A stretch of DNA of 57,311 bases, the filler included, from Asterionella formosa (lineage: Eukaryota), in the NCBI GenBank assembly GCA_002256025.1. It is 4 parts of 4 records of this genome, joined end to end, with 100 filler letters (N's around TTAATTAATTAA, not from the genome) between each part and the next. Parts side by side here need not be neighbours in the genome. Positions count along the whole stretch, not along the records: positions 1 to 14,260 come from NKIB01006115.1; 3 more parts are not named here. One strand, given 5' to 3'. Shown here one piece after another: positions 1 through 12,371 of this stretch; the first letter of the stretch is position 1, and the number at the start of each line of letters is the position of its first letter. Both the position numbers and the translations under genes were made by a program. The notes below the pieces were generated by a model. That model was not told the DNA's origin. It made no database searches and was given only the letters and a program-made list of their open reading frames with translations.

Positions 1-328
1 TTTATAGTACATTGTGTATTTTCACCAGGAACATGGGTTTTCCAACATGATTTGATTACAGATATGTAATTGATATTGGGATATCAATGTCGATAAGTGA
101 TAATTGACAAATGACTACGTCGTGATACTTTCCGTCGTCGTTCTTGCGATTACAAGGTTGTTGATGAGGTTTTAATCCTATCGGATAATCCTACTACCTT
201 GGATAACCATGGACGAGGTCCTTATTCTATTTATTCAAGTATATGCCAATGGTCCAGTTACTTTTCAACAAACTATGCATACTACGGACTGAATTAATAT
301 CCATTACATCAAACCTTTTCAAAGGTAA
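1..328 (+). mobile_element. Ty3/Gypsy LTR retrotransposon integrase C-terminal (GPY/F) remnant, degenerate
   Basis: Manual translation gives SPGTWVFQHDLI...RRRSCDYKVVDEVLIL...GRGPYSI, then a frameshift to IQVYANGPVTFQ...D*INIHYIKPFQR*. This matches the pattern of Gypsy integrase C-termini (DYxVGDxVL...GPYxIxxVxxNGTVT...INIRRIKPF). It contains stops and a frameshift. Confidence 0.8.
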
Positions 329-353
329 AAGGTTTTCCCTTGGTGTGGGAGAG

Positions 354-510
354 TGAGCGATCTTGCGCATCAATACAGATGTATATAGGGTTAGTGTTAT
401 ATCATGTATGTATAAGAACTCAATAATGAGAGAACTCGACTAACCCTCATTGTATACTTTGGTGTCGACTTGGAGAACGAGTTACACACAAGGATTAACA
501 AATAAGCTCA
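354..510 (+). mobile_element. Putative 3' LTR of the Gypsy element
   Basis: Follows the integrase stop and a purine-rich tract (GGTGTGGGAGAG). It begins TGAGC and has the inverted GCTCA at 506-510. The right boundary is uncertain because no second LTR is in the window. Confidence 0.5.
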
Positions 511-1139
511 TATATTCAACAAATACTACTACTTCTAGTTAGATACTTCACCTGGTACTGGTAACGTGTGCTCGTCATCTACATACCGGTAGCTATGACC
601 AACAGTCGACTGAGCCCATGATTTCATTCTGCTATAATGAGCTGGACAGTGTAGACTATTTGGAAGACTGATAGTTTGAATTGAACGATCAATGGTTAAA
701 AAGTTATGATCAATAAGTGTGAGATAGACATGGGTCTATCTATGAATTTATGCTCTGACAAATCATGCAAACAGCATTTGGGAAAATAATTTGTTTGATT
801 ACTCAAACTGAACAAACCTAACTAATTTTCTTAGTAACTCACAATAAGAATCTAGAAACAAAAGAGAAACCAAAAAATTTCTCTATCTATAATCTTCTTT
901 GTCTAACCATAGATCTATCAACTAAATGGTAATACTTTAACACCATGTAGTATATTACAGGTTGTGTGGACGAGGTATACTAGGTAGCTAGAGTACCTTG
1001 TACCAGTAATATTGGTAGTCAAGTGCCGGTGTAATAATGTCTAAGACCAGTGGAGGTAATAAAATGAAGCAAGTATGTCCAGTTGATCAGTTATGACCTT
1101 TACAGGAAAATTTCAATCTGGTTGATTGCTGGTGGTTCT

Positions 1140-2700
1140 TCACAGGCTATCTTTGTAGAAGAGTTTTTATGTCTGACATGGAACTTGATGTACCATTATG
1201 TAGACAACAGATTATCGTGTATTTATTGAACAATTGATATGGAGTTTTGAAAATCTGGGTATTCGCTTCTCTCATATGAAGAATGATTAGGATAGATCAA
1301 AAACTACAAGCCCAGCCAGGTATGTGTACACAAATCCTGAAGACTTCGCTGTGTAGCCAATCACTGCTTTGTTTGCGTACATGCATGAGTGCTTACCCAG
1401 ATATTCTCCAAAAATCCTGAAGGGCCCATATTTCCAGGTGTAAATTAAGAGGATTGTTTAGAAAGATACGCAAGCAAACTTTCACGAAGCAGCAAGAGGG
1501 GAACTTTCATAGCTATGACATTGATGAAATACTAGGCACCCATAGCAAATGAAAAGGTGCAACAACTTTTGCCTCCAGTGGATTTTCAGCAAACTCATCA
1601 AGTGATGCCATTATTAACTGTAGGGTTGGGTTCTAGCTAGTTAGCTTCAGAGATGTTTATATGCTGTATGAGAAAGCAGACTACCATTATGTTGCTAGCA
1701 TTTCAGCAGGCTTCCCAATACTCTCAGCTTTGTTTGCTGTTTCTGAACCAAATTTTTGGGTTAAATGATCATGTTATGATAGTGTTATACATGATCAGCT
1801 AATTCTTGATGGAAAGGTTCTTGCTATCCTCTTGGTCTTGTTTGGTGATGTCGTGCTTTATCCACAAGTTGTTCTTGCTTTTCCACTTGAATGAGTTGAT
1901 TTTGCTTGTTCATGCATTACATCGAGAATCTACAAAAACTTAGGAAGTGAAATTCAGTATCAATGCACTTAGCAGTAGTGTATACATGAAATGAAATCGC
2001 AGAACTTTCAGATTAGGTTGTTGTTCATCAATTGAAATTTTTTGTTGCAATTACTTTGACAGACATTCCTCCCTGTATGTCGCTCACCTTGCTGCCATAG
2101 ACTAGAGCAAACGAGAGGGGAATTTCTTCATATTAGTCCTAAATTTCTGAAAGATTTAAGAAAAAATTTCAATGATTAAACTTATGCTGGTGCACTAGTT
2201 TCAGAAATTCGATTAGTGGCCGCTCATCTCTTAAAGAATTATTGGGCAAAAGTTCCTGAGGTTGACTGTATGACTAGAAAAGAAGCAGCAACAAGGAATT
2301 ATACAGCATCAAGCCCAACAACTCTCAACAATAAAAATTACCATCCTAATTGTTCTTGCATCCTAACTGGTTGGGGTCCCGCTTTGCACTCCAGCTTTTG
2401 CTTACTGTTTATGGCATAGCAAGTATGGGAGGACCAAGATGAGAGGAATAAAATTGGTGTCTTGAATTTTCTATGTAGACAATCATAACATCAGTTTTGA
2501 AAATGGAAAAAGGAAAAATGCCGATGCTGCAAATAGTGAGGAGCAAGCTGGTGACTGGAAGGATGCATTAGAGATTTCTAGTTTAGAGATGAAGATTATG
2601 AAAAGATTGGATGGTTGAGCGAAAAATCGAGATCTTCTGCAATCTTTAATGACAAAAGAAAATGTCTATGTTGATCTTGAGCAATGTGAGGGTTGCCTTG
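1140..2700 (+). mobile_element. Crypton-like tyrosine recombinase transposon remnant (pseudogene)
   Basis: Interrupted motifs FLCLTWNLM, YVYTNPEDFAV*PITALFAY, FPG, LGTHSK*KGATTFASSG (degenerate H-x-x-R box) and RDVYMLYEKADYHYVA. Many stops. The right end is approximate. Confidence 0.65.
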
Positions 2701-4077
2701 GTATTTCACCTGTAACTGATCAAGGGAGGAATAGTGGAACAGCGCTGCTTTTAGACAAATGCAAGCAAACTGAGAGAAAGTTTGTAAACAGTTGTGATAA
2801 ATTCTAGTAATGCAATCATATTCCATACGTTGATTGCGATCAAATGATGATTATTGCCATGACTTTGCAAGGTGACGAAGCATAAGCGAACTTGCAAGAA
2901 GTCTAAAGGTTCATTCACTTTCTATCTATAAATTTGAAGAATCACCATATTCTTGTACATCTGCATATATTGCTGTGCTAGCTAACCTGCAATATATGCA
3001 TTCAATTAATAGGAGAAGTGTGCTTGCTATATATGTACTGCCACATCACTTGATTTGTGCCTCCCAGTTTAGTCGTTGCTAAAGTTTGCTAGCTATGTTA
3101 CCATCGATAGAGCGACAAGTGGGTCTATTCATTGTTGTTTGCTCCTGGAAAAGTCGGTCGTGTCCATGTCATCCTCATCAATAGAGGGACAAGTGTCCTT
3201 CATCATTGCGGTTTGCCGCTGGAAAAATTGATACCTGTGGTATCGTCATTTGCTTGTTGGAACCACTGTCCGTTGCCTCAAACCTGATTAGCGTGTGTGT
3301 ATGTGCACTGTCGACTTGTTTAGATGACAGGAGTGACTTAGCTACTAAAGTGCGTGTTATAATATCATACTCCGTAGTATGATGCAGAATACAGTTCCCA
3401 ATCATCTCATCATGATTGATAAGATGATAATGTGATATCACGATAGGGTTACATCGATGCATACATCACCAAAGTATGATATGTACTATTGAGTAAAGTA
3501 TATCACATAGCTATGATACATTGATCATAGAACTATGATGATTTTTTAAATGTTTATGATGTATTTTTAATCAAATGTGATCATTTTATAATAATACAAT
3601 GATAATAAAATACGATAAAATATGTACATGAGTGTTATCAATACATAATAGAAAATAAATAAATAAATTATCAATTATGTTACTTAATATATAAATTCGA
3701 CTTTAAATGTATACAGTAAAAGCCAGCAGTTAATATGATAGTATTAAATGGTGGATAGGATCTAAGTATATGGATTCGTTGATATGTACATCACTATAAT
3801 ATGATTTGTGATATGGATTGATGCATATCACATACCGGTATCCTCAACAACCAGCCATCACGTTCATTGTCGTGTCGTTTTTCCTTGTTATAGCTATAGA
3901 TATGCCGGCATGTGTATTGTGTAAACACTACGCTGGCGGAACATGCATATTACACAGTGCTCTGTTCAACAATTACTACACTCGGTTACCATCACACAAG
4001 CTGCACCTCCACAAGCGCCGCAAAAAGCTAGCTCCGCGTTTCCCTTCCACTGTTTTACATCATAGTCTTCTGGCCCT

Positions 4078-5070
4078 TTGACAACTTTACAAATGTCATT
4101 TCCTGGATTTCATGCAAAGAATCAGTCGAACAAGAAACGTGACTTACTTCCATCGTTTACACTACACGACTTTATGTTTTCGGAAAAGAAGATGAAGAAA
4201 CTTATGAAATCAATCGAAGATTCCTTTGAATACAGTCATACATCAGATGAACTTGAACAGATTCATAATAATCCAGAAAAATAATGAAGTATGCCGATAC
4301 AATAGTGGCAGAGATTGAAAAGAAGGAAAGATTACTTTCGAAGAGGAAACCCAGACAGTTGCTCTTCACGGATGAAGACTCTATTCGTACAGAGTCACAG
4401 TTCCATAGTTCCATCCAGTGTCGTATTTTGCTCCTCATTCTCCTGACATTGCTGATAATGAAGAAGAACTCAGTGATTCTCATTCAGTTGATGAACAAAT
4501 TCATGCGATGAAAGAAAATACCGGCGGAAATGTGGGAGACATCACTTATGAAGTAGAAATGGCTGAAAAGTTGCAAAACCAAGAAATATGTCTCACTATT
4601 CGTCCAGAACATCAAGATGAACATCATGAAAGCAGAGAAACTATTCCATTTCTAGAAGAAAGGATATTCAAGAAAAATTCCAAGCTAGATCAAGACCTCG
4701 AATTCAAGAAGATCAATGCAGACAGAGATGTGATGCTGGCTAAGGCAGTTGATGCACTGAGTCGGGAACGTAGTTTGAAGGAAAAATTGAATCTTTTTCC
4801 AAATCTTACATGGAAGAAATAGAATTTCTTTGTAAAATCATCGAGACCAATCCCGAAGGCAGCTACTTTTGTGAAGAGTCGGCACGTGAAATGTGTAGAG
4901 TTATTATGCAAAAGCAAACTGCATTTTCCTTGAGTTTGCCGAAAACGCATGGACAACTAAAATTGTGGAAAGAGTTGTATGCACGAATTTATTATGTAAC
5001 TACTAAATATGAATTGGATTCTATTAGATCCATTCAAAATCAACGTCGTCATCAATGTCCCGTTGATTAA
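4078..5070 (+). pseudogene. Frameshifted unknown ORF (Glu/Lys-rich), probably transposon-associated
   Basis: Abutting or overlapping ORFs 4078-4284, 4284-4511, 4418-4822 and 4810-5070 read like one protein broken by frameshifts. No recognisable domain. Confidence 0.35.
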
Positions 5071-5084
5071 TGCGTTCATTGTAA

Positions 5085-5823
5085 TCAATACTTCTCAGGA
5101 ACATTTGGTTGAAGTGGTTCAACATATTGATGCATATCCTCTTCACTTACTTTGGGAAATGAGAAGTATGAGTGTGGGTAGATGATATTTGTTGTGGAAG
5201 TAGCAATTCCACTAGGATTCCTTCCATATTCAGATCGATTATTTTTGTGAAAGTCCAGTGTAGATTTCCATATAATAACCGAGTAAATCATCAGTCCATT
5301 GATCAGTGAGACCATTTGAAACTGAACTTTCTTCCCTCCCACTTATTTTGATAAGTGGTTTCCCACCAATGTCGACAAAATCAGTAGAATGACGAATATT
5401 GTTCTCTGAAATATCATGCGTATCTGGATTGAAACCCAAATATTTTTGTTGCCATCGGAGTTCTACTTTCAGCACCAAGAAGAAAATTTTTTCTGTACTG
5501 GCATTGATCAGCAAACCAACAAAACGTGATTGCAATTCACATTGTGCCCGAAGACTGAGTTGAAATTTGGGCACACCAAATTTGTCTCCTGTTAAAAATG
5601 GTTCTCCACAGCTTGTCCTGCCTATAAAATACACTGGAGCAAGAACTGCACGCCAGACTTGGTATCCTTGGCTTCCCCTGTCAATGTCCTTTGACTGCGC
5701 AAAACGATAAAGCGTCAACTCCCACCTAATAAAGTCATCAATATCCATAGTAGTCTGGAAGTTATACTCTGTTAGACCAGCTGGTGTGTCATGAATTATG
5801 TTAGCATTTTTAAATTGAAACAT
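5085..5823 (-). pseudogene. Frameshifted unknown ORF convergent with the 4078-5070 ORF
   Basis: A 194-aa ORF (5239-5823) with protein-like composition overlaps a continuing ORF at 5085-5342. No recognisable domain. Confidence 0.35.
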
Positions 5824-6451
5824 ATTTGATAAGAAATAATCACCGACTCAAAACATCATGCTTTCAGAGCATCTCCCGCCGCCCTGCAAGAACTTACCTA
5901 AGATTCCTTTAAATTGATTATTCAATACATTCTGACATTCTCTCAACGTTTTAATGTACATGCCACCAAATGTTGATTTGATGTAATCTAAACGTGCCTT
6001 GTTGGTTCATTAAACGGTCTGATTTATCGGAAGTAGTGCATCAGAACCATTCCATATGAAATCGGCAAGCTCTGGCTGGGTCGCTCTCCACTTCTTTGCC
6101 TAACTCCGGTTTCACTGTGTATAGCCGAGTTAGGCAACATTGGGCAAACCAATCCTGTTTGTGATTGGAAATGCCTTTCATACTACTTGGACCAGATAGG
6201 GTGGGATGTTTGATTCTCTTTTGGGACCAGAAAAATCAAATTAGATTGATATTCTGTTTTACAGTACCTGCAATTCACGAACTATAACCTCAAACTTACA
6301 TGCTTAGAGCAAAACTTCTTGGTCTTTGATATAAAACTCACAACCTTTGTTACAATTGATGGCTGTCTAGATATGATACCATAAAACCAACAGTGCTATT
6401 TACATTATCATATACAAAATCAGAACCGAGTTTGAGTAATAGCACATCTTG

Positions 6452-6898
6452 TTTTCAATTATACAATTATACGATCCTGAAACTATGATGCTTTACTGTC
6501 CTACTGTAGTAGCAACAGTCTTGAACATATGGTGTTCTGTTGCTCGCTTACTACTCCGACTACCCTCTTTCAATTTTACAATCATACGATCCTGAAACTA
6601 TGATGATTTACTGTCCCGCTGCAGTAGCAACAGTCATTAACATATGGTGCTCTGTTCCTTGCTTACTACTCCGACTATTCTTTTCAATTTTATGATCATA
6701 TGATCCTGAAACTATGATGATTTACTGTCCTGCTGCAGTAACAGCAGTCATGAACATATGTTCCTCTGTTGCTCGCTTACTACTCCGACTATCCTTTTTC
6801 AATTTTATGATCATATGATTCTAAAACTATGATGATTTACTGTCCCACTGCAGTAGCAACAGTCATGAACATATGGTGTTTTGTTGCTTGCTTACTAC
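6452..6898. repeat. Tandem array, about 4 copies of a 114-115 bp unit
   Basis: The anchor GATCCTGAAACTATGATG (or a variant) occurs at 6473, 6588, 6702 and 6817. The whole unit is conserved, not only the anchor. Confidence 0.95.
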
Positions 6899-7379
6899 CT
6901 GGTACTCTGACTACCCCCAGTAAATCACTTCCTACCTGCTACTGGTACTCTGTATATATATATGATAAAATGTTATTGTCGTATGATGTACTGGTACACA
7001 TGAAGAACTCCCGCCCAAAAAAGTGGCTCAAACAATTTGCTACCAAAATCCTTGCGTATAAATAATGATACAAATGGGTTATGACTTACACTAATTGAAT
7101 GGTCTAAATAATTAGTTCCAACGGAGGTAGAAAACATTGATACAAACAAATTTCTAAAAGACAGTACCAGTACACAAAGTCGTGGAAAACAATGGACATA
7201 TCGTGCATTGAATATTTTCGAATTATCTATATGCAAATATGATCATCTCAACAATACCAGACGTTCCATATTGAGAGTGCCTTTGATTTTTATAAATGTA
7301 CAACACTTGATATATTTATGTATTTAAAAATTTTATAACTATATTCATGGCAAATATATGCATTTGATATCGTTCTGTC

Positions 7380-8625
7380 ATGTTTACAAACAATGCCTGC
7401 TTCATGAAAAGAAATATCGTAGTAAAGCACATGACAAGAAAGGAAAGTTTACGCAATAACGAAAGACATTGTGGCTTCAACAAATTGCGCCTTCGAAGGA
7501 TGGAGTAGCTATGTTTAAGTTAATGAAGCCATCAATGTGGTACTTGGATGAAAATCTTTGGGAGGCAGGACAACAACAAATTGTAAACTAAACGCACATT
7601 TCCTTTTTTCTCAGTTGATTCAACAGCTCTTTTCGCTTGTTGGGGAGCACCAATGTAAAACAAATTAAAATTGGTAAGTGCTCTTGTCGTTGGACCTACT
7701 ATTAACTTCTGATGGAACATAACTGACGAACACGCCACTTTACCTTCTCTCAAAGTTAAGCTAGCGAAAATAAATCGGTAAGTTTTATTCGACAACATTG
7801 GAAACCTGAAACTTACTTATTCAAGAATTTACTGACAATTTACTATAACAGATTTATGCATCACTTGCTTTGATTTGGCTGTGGTAAGTGAAGCAAGCAA
7901 GAGGATACGATGGAATAGCGTGATTTTGTATCAGTGTAACATGTCTAGCTAACAAGTCATTCCTTCTCTTCTCATTGTTACTGTAACTGCATAGGACAAT
8001 AAAACCGATCAAACAATGGAATAGTCGGCAAGTTCAGAATGACACTAACAGCAGGGAGATAGACGCAACATTAGTAAGGCATTGCTTGGCACAAGATTCA
8101 GAAAAGAGGAAGAAGAGGACGAGACAGGAATATACATTGAGACGAGTGGAGAGGAGGAGAGAAACATTCCTTGGGTAGCTGTCGAAACAGATATATCATT
8201 GTTAAATTTGTTAATTAAATTACGATCCATTTCAATCTATTTTGAACAATGCTTATGATTAGAATTATGATTATGTTTAAGATAGATTTACAATGAAACA
8301 ATTCACATGATAGCATAGAGTTGAGCTGATTTTAGGATGCGTTGTAGTAAAAATTTACATCTGGCAATCATGAGAATTGAAAATAATATGATAAGGTTTA
8401 TGATATTGATGAGAAATGTTGTTGATCAGTTGATATAAATTGTGTGATGATAATGTTCCTATTCTCATTATACTTCAAGGTTGGTAAAAAATTAATAAAT
8501 CATCATAGTTACAGGATACCTTGATCATAGTTTTGATCCAAAAATGATCATATATACGAAAATCCTGTGCCACTTAGCATACGATACCCTTGATCCTATA
8601 TGCATGATACTTTTTATTTGCAGAT
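7380..8625 (+). repeat. Dispersed repeat, copy A (homologous to about 54170-55505)
   Basis: The block TCATCATAGTTA.AGGATACCTTGATCATAGTTTTGATCC...ATACTTTTTATTTGCAGA at about 8500-8625 is near-identical to 55381-55505. Patchier similarity extends upstream. The left boundary is approximate. Confidence 0.8.
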
Positions 8626-9867
8626 GTGCTTGGGTTTGATTCTACTGCAGATTTGATTGGAGACAAAAACGATGTTGCCAGAAATACTGGAAGGGGAAGA
8701 AGATATCCAATGGGACCAACCTGCAACATCAATGGCCACCAAATGCCTACCTTTTGCTGCTGCTCCAAAAGTGGAAGCATCACTGCGGTTTTGCTTGTGC
8801 AAATGCTACAGACTGTGGACAAAATTGGAGTTTTCGACCAAACTGACAGAGCACCACACTTCCTTATCCTTGATGGCCATGGTAGCATATTTGACCTACT
8901 GTTCCCGCAATACATCAACACAGCTGCAACGAAATTGAACGTCTGCATTGGGGTGCCATATGGCACATCATACTGGGAAATTGGGGACAGTCCAGAACAA
9001 AATGGGTCGTTTAAACTGGCACTCACAAAATGCAAGAGAGACGTACTTACCCAAAAGGAAAGGCGCCGTACTGCATTTGCTATTGAAAAGGAAGATATTG
9101 TTGACGTGGTGTCGAAACCATCGGATGAATCCTTTGCCCGTATCGCTACAGACCAAAAAGCTGTTGCTGAACGAGGTTGGGGTCCATTGAACTACAACTT
9201 GTTGCTCCATCCAGAAATTCAATTGACAAGTACCTCAAATCTGCAAACAGAAACAAACAATTATCAACCCGCCTCTTCCATTGCCCCATCCGGACTAAAC
9301 TTGAGCCAAGGCATCACTGGAACCCTTTTTGATCAGGTCGTACAGTATCGCAATCGTGAGGACGCTAGAAACGGAATAAATCTAGATGAACTTGCCCGCC
9401 AACGAAAAGAAACAGCACTAAGGGCGATTGCAAGCAATAAATGATACACAGCCGGTCTTCATGTCGCTGCAGGCAGGTACTTGTTGGGTCCTGAAGTGGT
9501 CGATGACCAGCTAAAAAGGAAGAGGCATGCAGAAGAAGTGCAGAGTGAGCGAGAGAATAAGAAAATAGATGCACACATGGCGCTTGCAAACAAGGTTTAT
9601 GCAATCAGATCACTTAACAAATAGCCAGCTAAGTGGACAGTAGCACAAACGAAAACAATGGCAACATGGTACAAGCGAGCAGGCAATCTTCCATTACCAA
9701 CAACAAAACAACTGCTTCTTACCAGATTCCATGACACCATGATGCGTGGCGATGCTGCAGTACCAGTTGCAATGGCTGTAACCTTGCCAATTCCTCACCA
9801 GCACCCTTTGTTCGCCCCTATTACACAACAAGAAGGTATGATCATGGGACAAGGACTACAAGTCTAA
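8626..9867 (+). mobile_element. pogo/Tc1-mariner-like DDE transposase remnant (5'-truncated)
   Basis: 272-aa ORF with FLILDGHGS, VCIGVPYGTSYWEIGDSPEQNGSFK and AERGWGPLNYNLLLHPEI, followed by broken C-terminal frames. Confidence 0.65.
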
Positions 9868-10028
9868 GAATGATCAACGACTACTGCGAAAAAACACGAG
9901 GAGACAGAACCAACAAGAACACCATCAGTCTAAAAACGATGCAACAACTTCGAAAAAACATGAAAATGATACAATATTTTCTAACCGTCGCCTATAAAAA
10001 TAACTACATGTATGGTAAAATTTTAATC

Positions 10029-10234
10029 AATGGCTTTGAGCCACTTCGACCGTTTTTGTCATTTTTAAAATGGATAGATCTCAGTTAATTTATGTTCAAG
10101 TAAAGAAATGATCTAATTCTCATGTAGCTTAATGAACTAACTAATATCGTGCCAAAGGGCGAAAAAGGGGATTGATTTTAGCATAATTCTAGAATTAGTC
10201 GGAAAACGATATAAAAACATGGCTCAAAGCCATT
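10029..10234. repeat. 15-bp perfect inverted repeat pair, possibly the transposon end or a MITE
   Basis: AATGGCTTTGAGCCA (10029-10043) and TGGCTCAAAGCCATT (10220-10234), just downstream of the DDE remnant. Confidence 0.7.
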
Positions 10235-10693
10235 TTTAAGTGGTACCAGGCACTGTATGCGCACCTCATGGAATTGTAGATGCCTTACGTCACACATGAG
10301 CATGGTATTTGCGCATAAATGGGCGGTATAGCACGTACGATGTGTTATGTATTATCTACAGCATACCGTTACATGCATTACCGGTATGTAAATGATCTAC
10401 CAAGAGTGGACTATGTAGGGTTGTTCTTATCATTTTCGATTTGGTATCTTTATTTTTTGAAAAAGTATCATGCAACAGCTACTCGATTTAAAACGAAAAA
10501 ATCCATTCTCCACAAAAATAAAAATAAAAATTTTATCACCAAAAAGTATCAGGAAAATTCAACTGTTATGGGCTGGCTACAAACATGTGCTTTTCCTTCC
10601 AGACTACCAGTACGTACTGGGTACCAAACCAGTACTCAAACCATGCAAGAAAGAAATCTATGCAAATTATGTAAATGGACTACTATAGTCAAT

Positions 10694-10870
10694 AGTATTT
10701 GCACAGGTATTTGTCATAGTCACGTGATCATTTTCGTACTCTATTGCCTTGTATGTGCTGGACGAGTAATAGTAGTCTACCAGTAGATATGTACCAGTAG
10801 CGACAGCCAAAGTATTTGCAGAGCTAGTATATGTCGTAGTCACAAGATCATTTTCGTATTCTACCGCCTA
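10694..10870 (+). repeat. Dispersed two-subunit repeat (inverted homolog at 51071-51226)
   Basis: GTC.TAGTCAC..GATCATTTTCGTA.TCTA..GCC occurs twice here, and its reverse complement occurs twice at 51071-51226. Confidence 0.8.
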
Positions 10871-11627
10871 GTACTTTGCCATTAGTTCCCGAATATCCTC
10901 GGTACCAGGTACCTGTAATTAGATACCAGGTGTATCTCTATGTACATGACTGAATCTGTTCAATTCTTGACTCTGCGGTCATTGTTCTTTGGTGTTGTGG
11001 CTGAACATTGCCACACAAGGCCGCAATAATGATTGTATGGTGCTTCTTTGATGCACACACTGTAATATTTTTTATGTGTTATATTATATAGATGTGAATG
11101 AAAGTACTGCCCTGCAGGCTTATTTTCGGTTACTTTACTAGTGACAACGGAAATGATACCCATGTGAAAATGTCAGTATTACTGATACCGTTTTTGGAGG
11201 GGGCAAAAAACGGTATCAATTTTGTATTAATGATACAAAACTGATACCATCAAGTTACTGTTGCTGATACTGTGTTTTGATGCCAACCGTCACTTTTTGC
11301 CCGCAACCCGGAAATGATACAGCAAGTTCGCAATGATAAGAACGACACTTAGACTAGCATAAGCCTGGCATTTCAAATCTGTGGGAAAAATCGTCCACAT
11401 CTTTCCTTCCAGTTGAGGATGATTATTACTCACTAATTTGTCATTTGCATCATTGTAGCTAGATTGACTCGACATATAAATACCGGTACGCCTGCTCAAA
11501 GTTGCGGTCATAATGCTTAAATATCAATTTATATGGGACAAAGATAGCTAAACATTTAGCAATACCACATTTTTGGCAACTTGCTGGTATCATGTAGATT
11601 AGCAGTTACCATATGATGATACACCAG

Positions 11628-12206
11628 AAGTATATGATAGGAGTACCAGTACCTGTGATGTTGAGCGATCCTGTGCAACTTCCTGTATGTTAAAAGCTCA
11701 CGCACTCCTTCACGTCTGACGGGTATCCTCTAACGTAGGTCGTACCTGTTGTACCACTAGTACTGTCATTCATCACACTTTGAGAACCTGTTCTTTGTGT
11801 TCCCTTTTCGTTGATGCAAACCTTCTTCTGATTGATCTAAGACATCAATCTCATTAGCAAGCTTCTTGACACGGGAACGCACCATTTGACTTATTGGACT
11901 ATAGTCGAGTCCACAGGAGTCCTTGTGACTCATTATAGCCATTGATGCTATATTCTTGGCATCCTCCTTGTTGCCATGTCCAAGAAATATTAAAATTGTA
12001 CCACTCAGTACAGGTCTAGATAACCTTGTGATCGATGGGATTGAAATTTAGTTTTAGTTTAAGCTTATAATTAAAAAACAGTGAGAATTGACAGAGTAAG
12101 GTCAATAGCGAAAACTAGCACGAAGGCTAGCAGCAAAGAAGATTAACTAGTAAAAGTATATGATAGGAGTACCAGTACCTGTGATGGTGGGCGATCCTGT
12201 GCAACT
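11628..12206. repeat. 53-bp direct repeats (11628-11680 and 12154-12206) flanking about 470 bp
   Basis: AAGTATATGATAGGAGTACCAGTACCTGTGATG.TG.GCGATCCTGTGCAACT occurs twice with 2 mismatches. Confidence 0.9.
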
Positions 12207-12264
12207 ACTGGCAGCTACACATACACCTATTACCCAAATGAATTTGTCCCGAAATTTGGAAGGC

Positions 12265-12369
12265 AAAATGATATTTCGTCCCCTTAACCCTAACCCTAGC
12301 TAACCCTAGACTCGTCCAAGGTAGCATCTGAAGATCAGGATTAGGGGTAGTGGGACAAAATATCATTTT
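12265..12369. mobile_element. Small MITE-like element with 18-bp TIRs and internal TAACCC repeats
   Basis: AAAATGATATTTCGTCCC and GGGACAAAATATCATTTT are inverted at 17/18. Inside are CCCTTAACCCTAACCCTAGCTAACCCTAG and TTAGGGG. The TIR core resembles that of the 50097-51001 element. Confidence 0.65.
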
Positions 12370-12371
12370 CC

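Noticed and set aside
6452..6898. CRISPR-like array
   Set aside because: The entire 115-bp unit is repeated with no unique spacers, the context is eukaryotic, and no cas genes are present.
12281..12310. True telomere or chromosome fusion site
   Set aside because: Only about four imperfect TAACCC units, enclosed by TIRs; better explained as part of a MITE.
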